64,000 nucleotides of DNA, taken from positions 1 through 64,000 of IMG/VR virus record IMGVR_UViG_3300005841_000032. The stretch is one strand, 5' to 3'. Positions 17,727 to 27,646 of this stretch are shown piece after piece; position 1 is the stretch's first letter, and every line of letters begins with the position of its first letter. A program made the translations under genes and the position numbers. Under the pieces are notes generated by a model. That model worked only from the letters and a program-made list of their open reading frames with translations, searched no databases and was not told the DNA's origin. The DNA comes from a virus.

Positions 17727-18767
17727 TTATATAAAATCATTTAGGAGTTGACGACCAAATTCAGGATTTTCTATTTCCTTGCTAGTTGACCATTCATCAA
17801 AGCTAGTAAGAATATCGTTATCATTCATAACTAATGTTTTATTAGCTGAAATATTTTGCACTTCAAATGACTCTTTTTCAATCAATACTTTTGCTCCCGT
17901 ATCTTGTAGCAATACAACTAAGTGTTTCTTTTCTTCGCTTACTTCACCTTGTACCCGGATTCTTATGTTCGCCTCTAATTGTTTCAATTTAACGCTATCA
18001 ACTAATTCTTTAGTTATATCTTCTGGCAATACGTCTACTGTTATATATTCAGGGAAATCTAATTGCAGAAAGTCAAATATTTCGTTTTTGTTTTCTGTAT
18101 CGTAAATTACAATTACTCCTTTATTCCTATCTTCTCCGAAATTAGCTTGATAGCCGGACCCAGTATAAATTATCTTACCGCCTTCCAATACTTGCCTATT
18201 ATGATAGTGGCCGATAATAACATAGGTGAATTCATTAAATTTATTCGATGTCACTTCACTTTCTTTTTTTGCTCCTTTGTTTGTAAATGAACCTTCAATG
18301 CCCACATGAGTACATAAAATGGATATGCGGCCCTGAGCCATATTCTCAATAATCGCTTTGAGCTTTTCGACATAAACTAATTTCTCATCGTAATAAGGTA
18401 AAAAATACAAGTCAACGAATTCATTTGAAAACATTTGACCTGCTTTTAATACTTTAAAAGCAGGATGACCGTCAAAGGCATCAAGAAAAGATGCGTCACT
18501 TGTTAAATCTGTTTTATCGTGATTGCCGGGGATAGCGTAAATAATGATTTGTCTTTCTGCTGCTTCGTCAAGAATGCTTTTCCAAGTGTTTAATACTTGC
18601 TCAGGCTGACCCTTTCTGGAATTGAAAATATCCCCTAAGTGTAATAAAGATTTAACCCCTAACTCATCGCATATATTAAAAGCCTGTTTGAATATTGATA
18701 TATTTATCTCAATCGTATTTTCAGACAAGTGGGTGTCTGTAATTGAAACTGCTATTGGTTGCTTCAT
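17727..18767 (-). CDS. SbcD/Mre11/gp47-like nuclease
   Basis: TDTH, LGD, GNHD, TH, GHYH; start re-called to MKQP at 18767. Confidence 0.9.
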   Translation of the reverse strand: MKQPIAVSITDTHLSENTIEINISIFKQAFNICDELGVKSLLHLGDIFNSRKGQPEQVLNTWKSILDEAAERQIIIYAIPGNHDKTDLTSDASFLDAFDGHPAFKVLKAGQMFSNEFVDLYFLPYYDEKLVYVEKLKAIIENMAQGRISILCTHVGIEGSFTNKGAKKESEVTSNKFNEFTYVIIGHYHNRQVLEGGKIIYTGSGYQANFGEDRNKGVIVIYDTENKNEIFDFLQLDFPEYITVDVLPEDITKELVDSVKLKQLEANIRIRVQGEVSEEKKHLVVLLQDTGAKVLIEKESFEVQNISANKTLVMNDNDILTSFDEWSTSKEIENPEFGRQLLNDFI

Positions 18768-18831
18768 ATAAAGAATTAAAAAAATAGAGCCGATATATTC
18801 CGAGTTATACCGACTCATTAACCACAACTAC

Positions 18832-20106
18832 CTATTTACCTTTATTCAATTTAGCGCGAATAGCTGCTAACTTATCATTTACATTTGCAATGTGCGCTGG
18901 TTCTTGTTGAGTTTGTGCAACATTGATCGTTTTGCCACCCACTATTTTAGGGACAATAGGAGCTTTTACTTCTTCTTCTGCATTTTCATCTTCTGCTTGT
19001 TCATCAACTTGTTGTTGAATAACAGGTTTTGCAGGGCGACCACGTTTAGGAGCCTCAATAGATTGAACTTGTTGAACTGGTTTCTTAACAATAGTAGGTT
19101 TATTTACTACTTTAGGTTGTTCTTCTAGTTCTGTCTGATTTTCTTCGTTCTCCTTCGCAGCATCTTCGGGCACAAGTGAAAACATTTCTTCAACCTTATT
19201 CAAAAACTCATCATAAGCAAAAACATTAATTGGATAACCTTCTTCCGCCAGTTTCTTATCGAACCTTTCAAGTCCTTCTAATTGATAATCCAAATCCTTA
19301 CGTTTGAATGAATTCACAAAACGCTCCCTGAGAGACTTCTGCTTATCAAATGCTGCCAATTGATCATCAGTCAATGGGGTTGGAGTGAGAGCATAATTAA
19401 ACTTATCTATCGCTTTCTTATCAAGTGAAACCGCATATTTAGTTTTAATGCCTTCGCCCGACTTGTTAATTACAATAGCAATTCCATCTTCCGGGTCTGA
19501 ATATGGATCGGGACTATTGGGGTCTTTACTTACACTTGCTGCAAGCTCACTTAATTGTTCTTTTACAGTCTTTTTAATTGAAAGAGTGGCAAGTTTACCT
19601 GAACGGTCAAGCGCATAACATTCCCAAGTATCAATTGGTCGCAATCCACCTTCTTTCTTTACAGGATCGAAACCTGAAATCTTATTCCAGATGATCTTTT
19701 CCTTTTTCTCATCACCGTCTACAAAATTAGGAATAGCTACTTTCTTAGCAAAATCCATATATTCTTCTACAAGATCAAATGGATAACCGCCATGAACTTT
19801 AGCGTTAAAGATAGGTTTTTGTTTTACTTCAAATTCCCCTTCAATTATTTTCTTATTTTCATCCCTTTTAGGAGTTTTTATTTTGAGGAAAGAAACACAT
19901 TTAGCTACAAAAGGAGAAAGTTCTTCCTGTGGTACATTTTCATCGGGGTGAAATGGCATAATGCGAAACCAATTGTCCCCATCTTTTACTTCATGTGCGT
20001 CACTATTGAAACTATTAGATGGCCTTACAAGTGCTTGTTTGCTTTCTTGACTCTTAATGTTTGCTAAAGACGCTGCTTTGTACTTACTTCTGTCGAATCC
20101 GGGCAT
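18832..20106 (-). CDS. gp32-like single-stranded DNA-binding protein
   Basis: FRIMP, D.Y.DP.DG..I.I.K.G.G..T.Y; low-complexity tail; context. Confidence 0.65.
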   Translation of the reverse strand: MPGFDRSKYKAASLANIKSQESKQALVRPSNSFNSDAHEVKDGDNWFRIMPFHPDENVPQEELSPFVAKCVSFLKIKTPKRDENKKIIEGEFEVKQKPIFNAKVHGGYPFDLVEEYMDFAKKVAIPNFVDGDEKKEKIIWNKISGFDPVKKEGGLRPIDTWECYALDRSGKLATLSIKKTVKEQLSELAASVSKDPNSPDPYSDPEDGIAIVINKSGEGIKTKYAVSLDKKAIDKFNYALTPTPLTDDQLAAFDKQKSLRERFVNSFKRKDLDYQLEGLERFDKKLAEEGYPINVFAYDEFLNKVEEMFSLVPEDAAKENEENQTELEEQPKVVNKPTIVKKPVQQVQSIEAPKRGRPAKPVIQQQVDEQAEDENAEEEVKAPIVPKIVGGKTINVAQTQQEPAHIANVNDKLAAIRAKLNKGK

Positions 20107-20111
20107 AATTA

Positions 20112-20393
20112 TTAAAATTTAATTGTTGATTTAATTGTGTTTGAAAGTTTTTCTAGTTGTGAAATATATCCCTGAAGTGAAAATGATTTAACTGTGCTAT
20201 TTGCTAATTTAAATTTGGCTATTTTATCAAGTGCGTTGCCTAGATGACTGTAATAACCCCACGGTTGCACTTCACCCCGCTTTAAAATTGAAAAAGAAGA
20301 ATCTTCTATTTTTATATAAAATGGTTCTAAAATTTCATCAACTATTTGCGGTCTAACTTCTCTTTTGGAACCTTTTACTCTACCCCTTGGCAT
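20112..20393 (-). CDS. Hypothetical phage protein
   Basis: GYYS.L..AL motif. Confidence 0.55.
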   Translation of the reverse strand: MPRGRVKGSKREVRPQIVDEILEPFYIKIEDSSFSILKRGEVQPWGYYSHLGNALDKIAKFKLANSTVKSFSLQGYISQLEKLSNTIKSTIKF

Positions 20394-20397
20394 ATTT

Positions 20398-20658
20398 TTA
20401 CAGGATTAAAAAATTTGCTGCATTAGTATATTCATAAGAATCTGCTAAAAGAGTTACACTATCTAACTCTCTATCTTTTGCAAATCCTAAACCGCTCTTA
20501 TCAAGATAATCGCGTAATTTACAATAAGCTTTATGTGCATTATCAGCAATCACATAAGCAATTCCATAAGAAACGTCCGTAGTATTATGTTGCATCCCAC
20601 GACACTTAACTAAAAACAATTTCTTATCTTTTGTTTTTTCAACTAATAATTCTGTCAT
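20398..20658 (-). CDS. Hypothetical phage protein
   Basis: 86-aa ORF in operon. Confidence 0.55.
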   Translation of the reverse strand: MTELLVEKTKDKKLFLVKCRGMQHNTTDVSYGIAYVIADNAHKAYCKLRDYLDKSGLGFAKDRELDSVTLLADSYEYTNAANFLIL

Positions 20659-20663
20659 AATTT

Positions 20664-21200
20664 CTATCGTTTATTTGAGAATAAGTTTTTGCTTGATTTG
20701 ATTAATACACTATTTATTGTCCCTTCTAGTATTTCTTTTTCAAATTCTTCTGGTTTCAATTTAGCAGAAATGGCGTTTAATTTTTGATCTTTAGATTTTG
20801 CCGACCAATAAAGACCATCAACTATATCAGCTTGTTTTTGAACTTTAAATACGTTCTCTTTCTTGATCTTATATTGAGGGTCGCGGGTTACTGCCATATC
20901 AATTGAATTCTCAGTTGCTTTTTCTCCTAAGCCAATTAGAAGTTTTTTATGCTTCTCGTACAATTGAGCTTCAAAAATAGTAAAATCTAATTGAACTTTC
21001 CTAAGCAAGTCATCGATTTCCGCTTTAATATTTGCAATGCGATTAAATATAACCGGAAAAGTTATTATATCGTACATTGGTGCATTCATGTCTATTTGAA
21101 GTAAATCCTCAATAGCTATTTCGCTAGAACCAAAGTCTTTTATTTCAAGAGTTAGGATTTTTTTTCCTAACTCTATTATCGTTTTCTCTGATTGCTGCAT
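20664..21200 (-). CDS. UvsY-like recombination mediator
   Basis: Helical, ATE..ID..V..DP.Y; near SSB and SbcCD. Confidence 0.55.
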   Translation of the reverse strand: MQQSEKTIIELGKKILTLEIKDFGSSEIAIEDLLQIDMNAPMYDIITFPVIFNRIANIKAEIDDLLRKVQLDFTIFEAQLYEKHKKLLIGLGEKATENSIDMAVTRDPQYKIKKENVFKVQKQADIVDGLYWSAKSKDQKLNAISAKLKPEEFEKEILEGTINSVLIKSSKNLFSNKR

Positions 21201-21203
21201 TAA

Positions 21204-21782
21204 TTATTTGCCATATTTTTTCAACATTGAATAGGCATAGGGCAAAGAGAAACCGCCTTTCTCGGAAAGTTCTTTTGCTTTAAGTATGCCAGATTCAATG
21301 AGAGATTTTGCAGTTGCTTCTTTGTTGTTTTTCGAACCGTCTTTGTTTTTTACCTTTGCAGTCTTTGCTGTTTTAACGGGAACCTCAATCTCAATGGTGT
21401 TCGTTTCATCATTAGAAAGCGTCAATTTCGTTGCATCAATTTCATCTTCGGGAAGAAACTCTTCTTCAATCACATTTACTTCTTCTGATTGTTTTATTAC
21501 TACTGTTTGTTGTGTACTACGCGATTTCATATTTGTTTTATTTAAGTTTTGTTTACGTGCTTTTATTTCTTCTTCAATATTATAGAACCTTGCCGCTTGA
21601 CCTGTTGAAACTTTTAATTGACTCATTATTGCTCTACCTCTAGGAGTGGTTCTGATATTATGCCATGCTTCTGATACTTCTTTTTGATCATAACCCAAGC
21701 CAGTATACAAGCCTACAAAAGTAGATTTAAAACATTTAGCGGCATCTTCGATTACAAGATTGTCTTGAGTATTAAGTTTCAT
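21204..21782 (-). CDS. Hypothetical protein, possible C-terminal HTH
   Basis: AKELSEKGGFSLPYAYSML. Confidence 0.55.
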   Translation of the reverse strand: MKLNTQDNLVIEDAAKCFKSTFVGLYTGLGYDQKEVSEAWHNIRTTPRGRAIMSQLKVSTGQAARFYNIEEEIKARKQNLNKTNMKSRSTQQTVVIKQSEEVNVIEEEFLPEDEIDATKLTLSNDETNTIEIEVPVKTAKTAKVKNKDGSKNNKEATAKSLIESGILKAKELSEKGGFSLPYAYSMLKKYGK

Positions 21783-22297
21783 TTTTCAAGCTCTTTTCTT
21801 TCTGCTAAAAGATCACGATTTTGAGCAAGCTCATCTGAATATTTTTCAGGATAGCGTTTTTTTAATTTGTCAATATTATTTTGCAAACCAGTTTCAAAAT
21901 CACATTCTCCATTATCAAAATTAGCCAAAATATTTAAAAGTATTTGGCAATATTCTTTTTCAATTTCTTGTGGAATTTCTTTATTATAAATAATCCATTT
22001 TTTAGCAAGATCAGTAAGCAAAGAAACATACCTAATCAAGTTACTGAATGTGCCACCGATCTGACCATAAGTAGAATCAGCAAGTTCAATGTCTCTCACA
22101 TTTACATACAAAGATAAATACCAAGCAATATCGCTGAGTTCTTCTGATCTATTAACAAAATCTCCACTAGCCATTGCGTCTTGCAATTCATTCAGTTCAC
22201 TAGTCATACCAATCAAAGCATGGGCTAAATCAAATTGTGAACTTAATAACCATTTGTTTGTTCGTGTCGATAAAAGTTTGTACTCTGAAAATTTCAT
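21779..22297 (-). CDS. MazG-like NTP pyrophosphohydrolase
   Basis: G..SE..E, EELSDI.WY, NI.KL..RYP. Confidence 0.85.
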   Translation of the reverse strand: MKFSEYKLLSTRTNKWLLSSQFDLAHALIGMTSELNELQDAMASGDFVNRSEELSDIAWYLSLYVNVRDIELADSTYGQIGGTFSNLIRYVSLLTDLAKKWIIYNKEIPQEIEKEYCQILLNILANFDNGECDFETGLQNNIDKLKKRYPEKYSDELAQNRDLLAERKELEK

Positions 22298-22533
22298 TTT
22301 CTTATTTTGTTTAATATGTATTTTGCTATGTTGCCCTCAAAGAATCTGCGAATTAAATACCCACGTCCTACGCTTATGATCGTAAACAATACAGTGGATA
22401 GCGTCATTTGACCACCACTCATTTCTATTCCACAAATCTTATTAACTACCGGAAGAAATGCAAATGTGATTAACAGACCAATAAACGTATTTACTGAGGC
22501 TTCAATAAGAGACTCTTTACGGGATTGGCTCAT
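22294..22533 (-). CDS. Small two-TM membrane protein
   Basis: QSR..SL.EA..N..IG...RGY.IRRFF. Confidence 0.7.
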   Translation of the reverse strand: MSQSRKESLIEASVNTFIGLLITFAFLPVVNKICGIEMSGGQMTLSTVLFTIISVGRGYLIRRFFEGNIAKYILNKIRK

Positions 22534-23228
22534 AAATTTAAATTTTTAACAATTGAAATTATTTGTTGCTCCAAATAATTAAGATCATAAATATTATCTA
22601 CAATAAAATCCCAATCTGAATAATTATCCAATGATGTTTCAGAAGGGTGATTGGAGATTTTATCTGACTTTCTATTAATACGAATTAATATACCGCCATT
22701 ATCTTTAATGGCTTTTGCCTCATTGGGGAATCTAACGTCTGTTATTAACCAGTTAGAATTTTCATGCAAATCAGCAAACAAACAATTAACCCAAATTTGA
22801 GGATGAATCAAATCTCTTCCCGCTTCTGTTCCCAGTATCTGTAAAATTTTACGCGGAGTTAAAACTTCCGATTCTATTCTATATTTCCCTTCGCCACTTA
22901 TTTCAACTAAATACTTATGATTCTTTTTTGCTTCATCCTCACTTGCAAAATAATCGGGATAAGTAAAATCTTTAAATATTCCATCGTGATCTATTCCATT
23001 ATTCACAAAAAACCATCGACGCCAATTTTCATTCAATGGTGCATTTTTAACTTCTTCTTTCTCTAATTCTTCAATAGGAATATTAGTAAGCAAAGAAACT
23101 ATTTGTTTGAGTTTATAAGCAAACTTTTTGATCTCCCAACTATATTCAGAATGATGTCTAAACATAGATGCAAATGTATCTTTACCAGAACCTATCTTGC
23201 CGCTAATTCCAATTATATCTCTTTTCAT
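22530..23228 (-). CDS. Deoxynucleoside monophosphate kinase
   Basis: GKIGSGKDT, FA..LK, TPR.ILQ.LGTE.GR, TDVRFPNE, H.SE. Confidence 0.92.
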   Translation of the reverse strand: MKRDIIGISGKIGSGKDTFASMFRHHSEYSWEIKKFAYKLKQIVSLLTNIPIEELEKEEVKNAPLNENWRRWFFVNNGIDHDGIFKDFTYPDYFASEDEAKKNHKYLVEISGEGKYRIESEVLTPRKILQILGTEAGRDLIHPQIWVNCLFADLHENSNWLITDVRFPNEAKAIKDNGGILIRINRKSDKISNHPSETSLDNYSDWDFIVDNIYDLNYLEQQIISIVKNLNL

Positions 23229-23250
23229 ATTTTGAGTTTGTAAAACTATA

Positions 23251-23982
23251 TTATTTTTTAGAATCTACCAAACGTTTTATATAAAATTCTGATTGAACAG
23301 GATTTTTTATTTTTATTATCCAGCCTTCTTTTGATTCTTTATGTACATATAAACGGTCCCATTCATTTTCACTTTCTAATTCAAATTCATCTTTATCAGT
23401 ACGTTCTTCCCATTGTTTTTCTGTAAGCCGTTTCTTAACTTTTGTTTTACTTCCATTAAAAGGGTTGTTGATCATTTTTTTATTTCTAGTTTCAAATTCG
23501 CTTAATTTAGTTCTATTTAAATAGTAAGTGATTAACGCCTTACTGATTCCCATTTCCTCTGCTATTTCTTTGTTTGTGTATCCATTTAGTCGTTTGGTTA
23601 AAATCTCTTTTGTTGTTTCTTCATTGCCCGTAAATACTGCTCTATCTTTTGGAACTGAATTTATCAACTCCATATATTCGCCTAATAATTCAGTTGCTAT
23701 ATATTCATCTTCTGGAGTAGTCGCATAAAAAATATTTTCATCAAATTCAACAAATTTTCTCTGTCCTTGATTTACCTTATTATAAAACCAAACGTTATTT
23801 TTCAAATGAGCAAAAAAGGTATACTTAACAGTCTTAATAATTGTACCTATATGTTCATCAAATAAATCTCTTTCACATTTATTCCACCAAGCTAAATAAG
23901 CATCATGTAGTATGTCTCTATATAACTCACTATCTAATTTAAATGAATAGCTTCTAGCCTTTCTATAATTTTCAACATTCAC
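23251..23982 (-). CDS. Divergent sigma-like factor with region-4 HTH
   Basis: DILHDAYL (region-2-like), GYTNKEIAEEMGIS. Confidence 0.6.
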   Translation of the reverse strand: MNVENYRKARSYSFKLDSELYRDILHDAYLAWWNKCERDLFDEHIGTIIKTVKYTFFAHLKNNVWFYNKVNQGQRKFVEFDENIFYATTPEDEYIATELLGEYMELINSVPKDRAVFTGNEETTKEILTKRLNGYTNKEIAEEMGISKALITYYLNRTKLSEFETRNKKMINNPFNGSKTKVKKRLTEKQWEERTDKDEFELESENEWDRLYVHKESKEGWIIKIKNPVQSEFYIKRLVDSKK

Positions 23983-24533
23983 GCTATATGTCCTGCTAAT
24001 TTCAAATGTTCTTTATTTCTGTAAATACTATACAAATCTGAAATGATTCCCTCATAAACATTAAATAATGTAATGGGAAGAGGTTTAAATATAAATTCAG
24101 GTATTTGAATGACCGCTATTGCTTCGCAATCTGGCTCAGTCATTTTATATGCAGTCAATTGCAATACCTGCTCAAGATAAACATTTGTGTTACTCTTAAA
24201 GTCACAAAGATATTTCTTTCCATTAGCTTTTAAGTAAATATCATATCGGCCCACAAACCAATCATGTTCTACTTTCTTTTCAATGGCGTATATTTCTTCT
24301 ACGTTATGCTCTTCAAAAAATTTAAGAAAATTTGCTTCATGTTCAGAGTTTTCAAAAGGAATAGAATCTTTAATAAAACGATCTATTTGCGAATGTAAAC
24401 TTATACCTTTACTTGTTGATTGTTTACGATGTTCTGCAAGTGAAATTCCTTCAAGTCCTATTTTGTTTGCCCAGCCCAAAAGAGCGGGTTTATCAAGTAA
24501 ACCTACGAGAGTTGAAATTGAGGGTTTTTTCAT
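23979..24533 (-). CDS. PD-(D/E)XK exonuclease
   Basis: PSIST, G..LH..I, GRYD, DFKS, LQL.AY. Confidence 0.8.
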   Translation of the reverse strand: MKKPSISTLVGLLDKPALLGWANKIGLEGISLAEHRKQSTSKGISLHSQIDRFIKDSIPFENSEHEANFLKFFEEHNVEEIYAIEKKVEHDWFVGRYDIYLKANGKKYLCDFKSNTNVYLEQVLQLTAYKMTEPDCEAIAVIQIPEFIFKPLPITLFNVYEGIISDLYSIYRNKEHLKLAGHIA

Positions 24534-25411
24534 GCTGCTTGTTTGAATGACGATCTTCTAATTGATTGATTCTTATTCCTAGATTCCTGAACGCATTCTT
24601 TAGAACAATATTTTACTTTATTAGCCATTGGAATAAAAGTCGCATTGCATATTGCGCAATTAATAGTTCTTCTTTGTTTAAAGACAGGAATATGATTCTT
24701 TAATTTCCATCCAAAGCAACCGTTCGATTTGCCAAATGCAACACTTTGTAATGAGGACGGTTTTAATCCAATTGATCTGGCAAACTTAGCTACGTTATGA
24801 ACTTTAACTTCTTCGCCGCTTGGAGAAATTAAAACTACATCACTACACTTAAACATCTCAATTCCATTAGCAACGTTTTTAACTCGCGTCTCATTGCGTC
24901 TAATTTTAGTCTCTTCGCTCTGCTTATAACCTTTTTGCTTTTTGGTTTCTAATCCACGCAAAGTAGCTTCTTTTGGAAATTCCTTCCCCAACCAATATCT
25001 AGTTGGATTTTTTAATTTAGCTTCACGCTGCTTTTGTTTAGTTGTTTCCTTTGTTGAATAACCATAGTTGCTAAAAGCTTTTTTAGAAATATTAAAACCT
25101 ATTAAGGATTTATATGGCTGAAATACATCTAAATAATTTTGCTCTATAACATTAACCAGTCGCATCTTAAAATTTTCTTTAGATTCGCCTTTTATTTTAT
25201 CTACATGTTCTAATACCTCAAACTTAAAACACTCGCGGCCATATTTATTGAATGAATTTTGCAACTTTGAATTCTCATGATAATTACCACGCAATCGACA
25301 AAAATGATCTTGTTTTCTTTTATATAAATTATATGTACTGCCAATATAAATTAATCCATTACGAATACAAGTTATGCAATATATTCCGGGATTTTTAGTT
25401 ATCTCCTTCAT
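24530..25411 (-). CDS. GIY-YIG homing endonuclease with C-terminal Zn finger
   Basis: GIY..YIGS, R...H, EQ..LD, FN; CAIC...YCS.EC. Confidence 0.88.
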   Translation of the reverse strand: MKEITKNPGIYCITCIRNGLIYIGSTYNLYKRKQDHFCRLRGNYHENSKLQNSFNKYGRECFKFEVLEHVDKIKGESKENFKMRLVNVIEQNYLDVFQPYKSLIGFNISKKAFSNYGYSTKETTKQKQREAKLKNPTRYWLGKEFPKEATLRGLETKKQKGYKQSEETKIRRNETRVKNVANGIEMFKCSDVVLISPSGEEVKVHNVAKFARSIGLKPSSLQSVAFGKSNGCFGWKLKNHIPVFKQRRTINCAICNATFIPMANKVKYCSKECVQESRNKNQSIRRSSFKQAA

Positions 25412-26078
25412 TTTCTTCGTCTAATTCTATACTCATCTCTTTTTCATCCCACGCTTTGGAGAAATCTATATCTGCAAACAAAGACGCAAGTCCAGTAATT
25501 TGTTTAAGCCTAAGCATCTCTTCTCTATCCATTCCGAGATGTCTTTGAATCCATGCGTCACTCATACCGGCTTGCACTAATTCCCCAACAATATTAGACA
25601 TAAGATCAATTGAATGCACCCCACGTGCCCTATTGTGTCTTATAGTACTTGCCATCCTGTTAGCAATATCCTTTTGAGAATTGCGAATAAACGTCAATGG
25701 TATCCTGCCCTTAGTCGATTCACTAATATCATTAAAAGTCTTTTCTATTAATCGCCTGTGTGCGCCATCCACCACTTTAATCTTTCCCTCTTCCGTTTTA
25801 TCAGTTACAATAGACATTGTATAACCATCTTCCGAAACAGAAGTGTGTAACAAATCCAAACTCAATTTATCCATTTTGTTTGGATTATATTCATTGACTT
25901 CTACGTCATCTGATTTAATCCACAAAACGCAATCAACTGGATGATGCTTTAGGGGGCTTACTGAATGTAACTCTAAACGTATCTCATTCAGCAAATCAAT
26001 TTGGTCATCAACATTTGAAACGCTGCTTATTTGTTCTTTAAGCAAGTCAACAAGTTCTTGGACTATACTATTCTTCAT
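25395..26078 (-). CDS. IbrB-like ParB/Srx-fold protein
   Basis: HPVD.V.W, NEYNPN, VVDG.HR, STIRHNRARG, LGM..EE.LRLKQ.TGLA. Confidence 0.9.
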   Translation of the reverse strand: MKNSIVQELVDLLKEQISSVSNVDDQIDLLNEIRLELHSVSPLKHHPVDCVLWIKSDDVEVNEYNPNKMDKLSLDLLHTSVSEDGYTMSIVTDKTEEGKIKVVDGAHRRLIEKTFNDISESTKGRIPLTFIRNSQKDIANRMASTIRHNRARGVHSIDLMSNIVGELVQAGMSDAWIQRHLGMDREEMLRLKQITGLASLFADIDFSKAWDEKEMSIELDEENEGDN

Positions 26079-27444
26079 TTTCTTCTTCTTTTTCTAATTG
26101 TTTAGATTGTACTCTAGCATCCTTCAACCTTCCATATCTCTCCAACGCCTTCTGCCTGATTATATTCTGATCCTTTGTACGAGAACATCCCATATACTGC
26201 AAAGCGTAATCGTTCTTCATTATTGTTGCGCATACTGCTTTCCAACTTGGACAATGACGGAAATCTGATATTGAAGTGTCTTCAGGGAATCCAGATTTGA
26301 TTTTCACAATTTCATATACTCCCGGCTTGGTGCAAAGTTTAGAAATTTCATGCGTATTTTCAATCTCAATCCCCTCTTCGATCATTGTCTTTATCACCTT
26401 TGGATTTCTTCCATATCCCTTTTCAGCCCAAGTCTTTTGAAATCTCTCAAGATTTTCAACTACTTTTTTTTTAAATCCTTCCGGCAATGTTGTCAAAAGA
26501 AAGTAGGCGTATTCCTTCCATGTAAAGTGATTTGGTTTAGTTATTGTTTTCCATCCCATTGCAGTTGTACCACCATACAAACCACCAAAGTTAACGCCAT
26601 TAACGCGACTTAACATTTTACCCCAACTATTCGGATCAATTGCCTTATATAGCTTTAGGTTTTCCTGCCCCGATTGATGGAATGGACTAGCAACCCTCAT
26701 TTGATCTACACTTAACCCAGCTTGCCAATACAAGTCGTAAATCTTATTGTAGTCAAATTCAAACTTATAATTCGCTACCCAAATATCCTCAGTAACCCAA
26801 TCATACAAAGGATAAAAATTCACTGTGTTTTGATCGACTACCTTTGAATATTTCAATCCCTTATGCATATACTTTCTATGCTTTGAGGTAAATATTGCCC
26901 TTCGGGTAAGTGACTCTTGCGCCCTCAATCCAATTAACACGGCTGTTCTGCCGTATGTTTTACCATACCACTCTGAAAACTGGATACGAGCATCGAAACC
27001 CTTAGTTCCTTTTATAAACTCATAGGGACAATTGCTATGATTTATCACATAGTCATGTTTAGGCATTGGCCTAACCCACAATTCTTTCTTATCTTCATCC
27101 CACGGTATCCAACGAGGTTCATACATTGATACAGAACATGCAGCCGAAATAGGTAAGCAAAGCCAATATCTACCCTTAACGTCACTCATTGCCTCAAAAG
27201 TACGTTCTGCATATTCGTGTGTATACTTGTAATCGGCTTCGTAATCTTCATAGTATACCGATAACTTATGTAATAAATTGTTTTCCTTTGCATACTTATA
27301 AGCCAAATTCAATAATACGCCACTATCCTTACCACAAGAAAAAGCTACCAATACATTTTCAAAATCTTCAAAGATTAATTTCAAGCGTTCCATGACTGCC
27401 TGATAGACATTCTTTGACTTTTCTTGCTCTTTCATCCAGTTCAA
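26068..27444 (-). CDS. IbrA-like PAPS-reductase-family (PP-loop) protein, DUF3440
   Basis: AFSCGKDSG, W.PWD, GLRAQES..R, YPLYDW...DIW, YN.IYD, QMRV. Confidence 0.9.
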   Translation of the reverse strand: MNWMKEQEKSKNVYQAVMERLKLIFEDFENVLVAFSCGKDSGVLLNLAYKYAKENNLLHKLSVYYEDYEADYKYTHEYAERTFEAMSDVKGRYWLCLPISAACSVSMYEPRWIPWDEDKKELWVRPMPKHDYVINHSNCPYEFIKGTKGFDARIQFSEWYGKTYGRTAVLIGLRAQESLTRRAIFTSKHRKYMHKGLKYSKVVDQNTVNFYPLYDWVTEDIWVANYKFEFDYNKIYDLYWQAGLSVDQMRVASPFHQSGQENLKLYKAIDPNSWGKMLSRVNGVNFGGLYGGTTAMGWKTITKPNHFTWKEYAYFLLTTLPEGFKKKVVENLERFQKTWAEKGYGRNPKVIKTMIEEGIEIENTHEISKLCTKPGVYEIVKIKSGFPEDTSISDFRHCPSWKAVCATIMKNDYALQYMGCSRTKDQNIIRQKALERYGRLKDARVQSKQLEKEEENEE

Positions 27445-27646
27445 TTCTTTTTAAGAAGCTATAAAGTTCACATTTTTCTCTCGAATATCCAAGAGATTCT
27501 AATTGACGATCATTTTTTAGTATTGCAATGCAAACACGTTGATATGAAGGCACTTTATCGAATATTTCAGGTGGCGATTCATCCGGGAATTCAGGATAGC
27601 ACCTTTTTTGCCATGTTTCTATGTACTCTTCTAACTTCTTTCGCAT
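27368..27646 (-). CDS. Stand-alone paralog of the IbrA C-terminal domain
   Basis: TWQKRCY..FPDES..VPSYQRVCIAILKND..L..LGYSR aligns with the C-terminus of 26068..27444. Confidence 0.75.
   Translation of the reverse strand: MRKKLEEYIETWQKRCYPEFPDESPPEIFDKVPSYQRVCIAILKNDRQLESLGYSREKCELYSFLKRIELDERARKVKECLSGSHGTLEINL

Noticed and set aside
23979-24533. Cas4/CRISPR system
   Set aside because: No Fe-S cysteine set, no other cas genes and no repeat-spacer array seen
25400-26090. Shared GAAGAAAATGAAG at the ends of ibrA and ibrB as a target-site duplication
   Set aside because: Low-complexity Glu codons overlapping A-rich start contexts explain it
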